A DNA stretch of 64,000 nt from Vicugna vicugna (Eukaryota): assembly GCA_013265495.1 (NCBI GenBank), contig MU061578.1:1373308-1437307 (forward strand). The letters are read 5' to 3'. The notes beneath the pieces are model-generated. The model did no database searches, was not told the DNA's origin, and saw only the letters and a program-made list of their open reading frames with translations. This document shows, piece after piece, positions 62,161 through 64,000 of the stretch. The translations under genes and the position numbers were made by a program. How positions within the stretch are numbered: the first letter of the stretch is position 1; each line of letters starts with the position of its first letter.

Positions 62161-64000
62161 ACAATTTTGAGTGTTCCAACTTGCATGAAGCCAGGCATGA
62201 TGAACCCAAGAGCCACAGTTCAGAAATATCAGACTTTCAGGATGGGTCGATGGAATGGTCCAATTTACTCATTAATCTCTAGGTCTCTCCCAGGCCCAAG
62301 GACCATGGTTACAATGAGTCGTTTGCTGCTGTTTTTGCTGCTGCAGTGGCTATTTTATCTCTTATTTCATGACAAAGGCTTCTTTTAACTCACTGTGCTG
62401 TATAGAACATGCACCATGCCAGAGAAACCTGGAATCAGGACCGTATTAAGCACGAGCTCGGGGAAACGGTGCACGCTACATAAATCTACCTGGTTCACTT
62501 CCCTGACATTGAGTGTTAAACTGTATTAAGCAAAAAAACCTTTCTCTCTTTCTTTCTCCCTTAAACAGGACCACCTGGTGATAACCTCCATTCCCTGTCT
62601 CAGATTGTTTTTCTCCTATGCCCACGCCTCTCAAACTTTAATCTCTTAGAGAGTTCTCTGTCTGAGATTTACCAGGATCCCAAAGATGAGGGTCTGGGCT
62701 AATAACAATATCCATCGAAGGCACTCCAAAGCCGGATGGAGATTCCTTAGCAGATAGCGATGGTTCCGGCTTATCCTTGCTACCAAATGCTGCCAGAGTT
62801 GCTCATCTTCAGAGTAGTAACGCAAGGAATGACAGAGCCTTCCGCCATGGAGAGGATTGATATGCCGCTTAATTTCCTTTGCAGGAGCATCGCAGAGGAT
62901 GGAAATCCTTTAGACCAGCAGGCCAAACCCCAATGTTAGGTAGTGCTCAGCACCGTATGTTTGCCTGCTCTGTGATGCTCTATCTCCTCCCTCTTACCCA
63001 TCAAAGGTTCCGACCTGAGATGTGCAAGGAAAAGGTGAACGGAGATCACGGGCCACTTACCAAATGATAACACAGGTGACAATCTAACAACTTATTATCT
63101 TTTCCCTATCAATTACTCCCCTAAAATGACCAATGAAAGAATGTTGATATTTATAGCTAAGGGATACAGAAGAAGCTAGGAGCCAGACAAAGACACATCT
63201 CCATAATGAACTTATGGTCACAAGTATGTGCCCGGGTGAGGAAATCCATCCTATAAGAACCTATGTTTTAAGAATTATGATAAATAATCTTTAAAGAAAG
63301 AGAGACGGAAAGAGAGGGCACGCCTTTGTGGGGTGTCTGTGATAGATGTAGCTACAGACTGAAGGAAGTGGCTAGATGAACAATTAGATAATGAATTCAC
63401 AGGTGACGTCTATTCTGTTATGGACAGTGAAAGAAGGAGTTATTTCCCCTTTGTGGGAAGCGAGCCAGAACAGTGAATATTTATTTGGCAGTGTGTTTCA
63501 GTTGTTTGAAGTAATTAAGCTTCAGTTTTCTATTGCTTGGTTTAGCCAGAGAATGACTTTGGTAACCATGACATTTTTAAGGTACAGTTTCATGGAAAAT
63601 AACCCCTTATCCCAGTAGTTCCTAACTGGTGAATTTCACTGACAGGTAAACCCATTACAAACATATAAGAACATTACAGGGAGAAAGGCGAGGGTTGGGT
63701 GATTGTGGGAGAAAGGCTGGCTTATGTGTGTCATTCCTTATCCCCCGAGTGAAGACAAAACTCCCCATGCTGATTGAGTTCTTATTTTGCTGTGAACTGG
63801 GGAGAAATGGGAATGGTACATCACCAGCCCTCACATGAGTGTTGGAAAAAAAAATTACTGAATTAGATGAGCATTCAAGGCCCCTTCTAGGAAGGTGAGC
63901 GTAAGTGCAACAAATTTAGGTGGATCGTGGACACAAGTGGTTAATGTGGAAGCCACAAATTATCCTGGCTTGGAATTAGCCCTGTGAAATATCTGGTCCT

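Noticed and set aside
62712..62772. Interleaved short inverted repeats (ccatcg/cgatgg, aagccgga/tccggctt) as a miRNA or pseudoknot
   Set aside because: Stems of only 6-8 bp; no extended hairpin and no recognised mature miRNA
1..64000. CRISPR arrays, operons, rRNA, intact transposase/RT or processed pseudogenes
   Set aside because: None seen; the sequence is eukaryotic non-coding DNA with only decayed repeats

Overview
Mammalian, most likely camelid, genomic DNA. The assignment rests on a Vic-1-like tRNA-derived SINE with TSD and artiodactyl-type L1 3' ends; I saw no Alu, Bov-A/BovB or PRE-1. I find no credible protein-coding ORF: the listed ORFs fall in simple repeats, decayed transposons or unremarkable sequence. 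A large share of the window is ancient repeat (MIR, L2, L1M, MLT1, MER5/MER20/MER94/MER102) plus a few lineage-specific insertions (SINE, short L1s, a solo ERV LTR). Between these lie many repeat-free blocks dense in TAAT, octamer and E-box motifs that look like conserved non-coding enhancers, so this is probably a very long intron or regulatory landscape of a developmental gene. One exon-like segment ends at a consensus donor (AAG|GTAAGT, 8365/8366, + strand). From memory only, it may be a 5' non-coding exon of ESRRG; this is unverified. Repeat family names come from recalled consensus sequences and boundaries are approximate. No novel biological system can be supported from the sequence alone.
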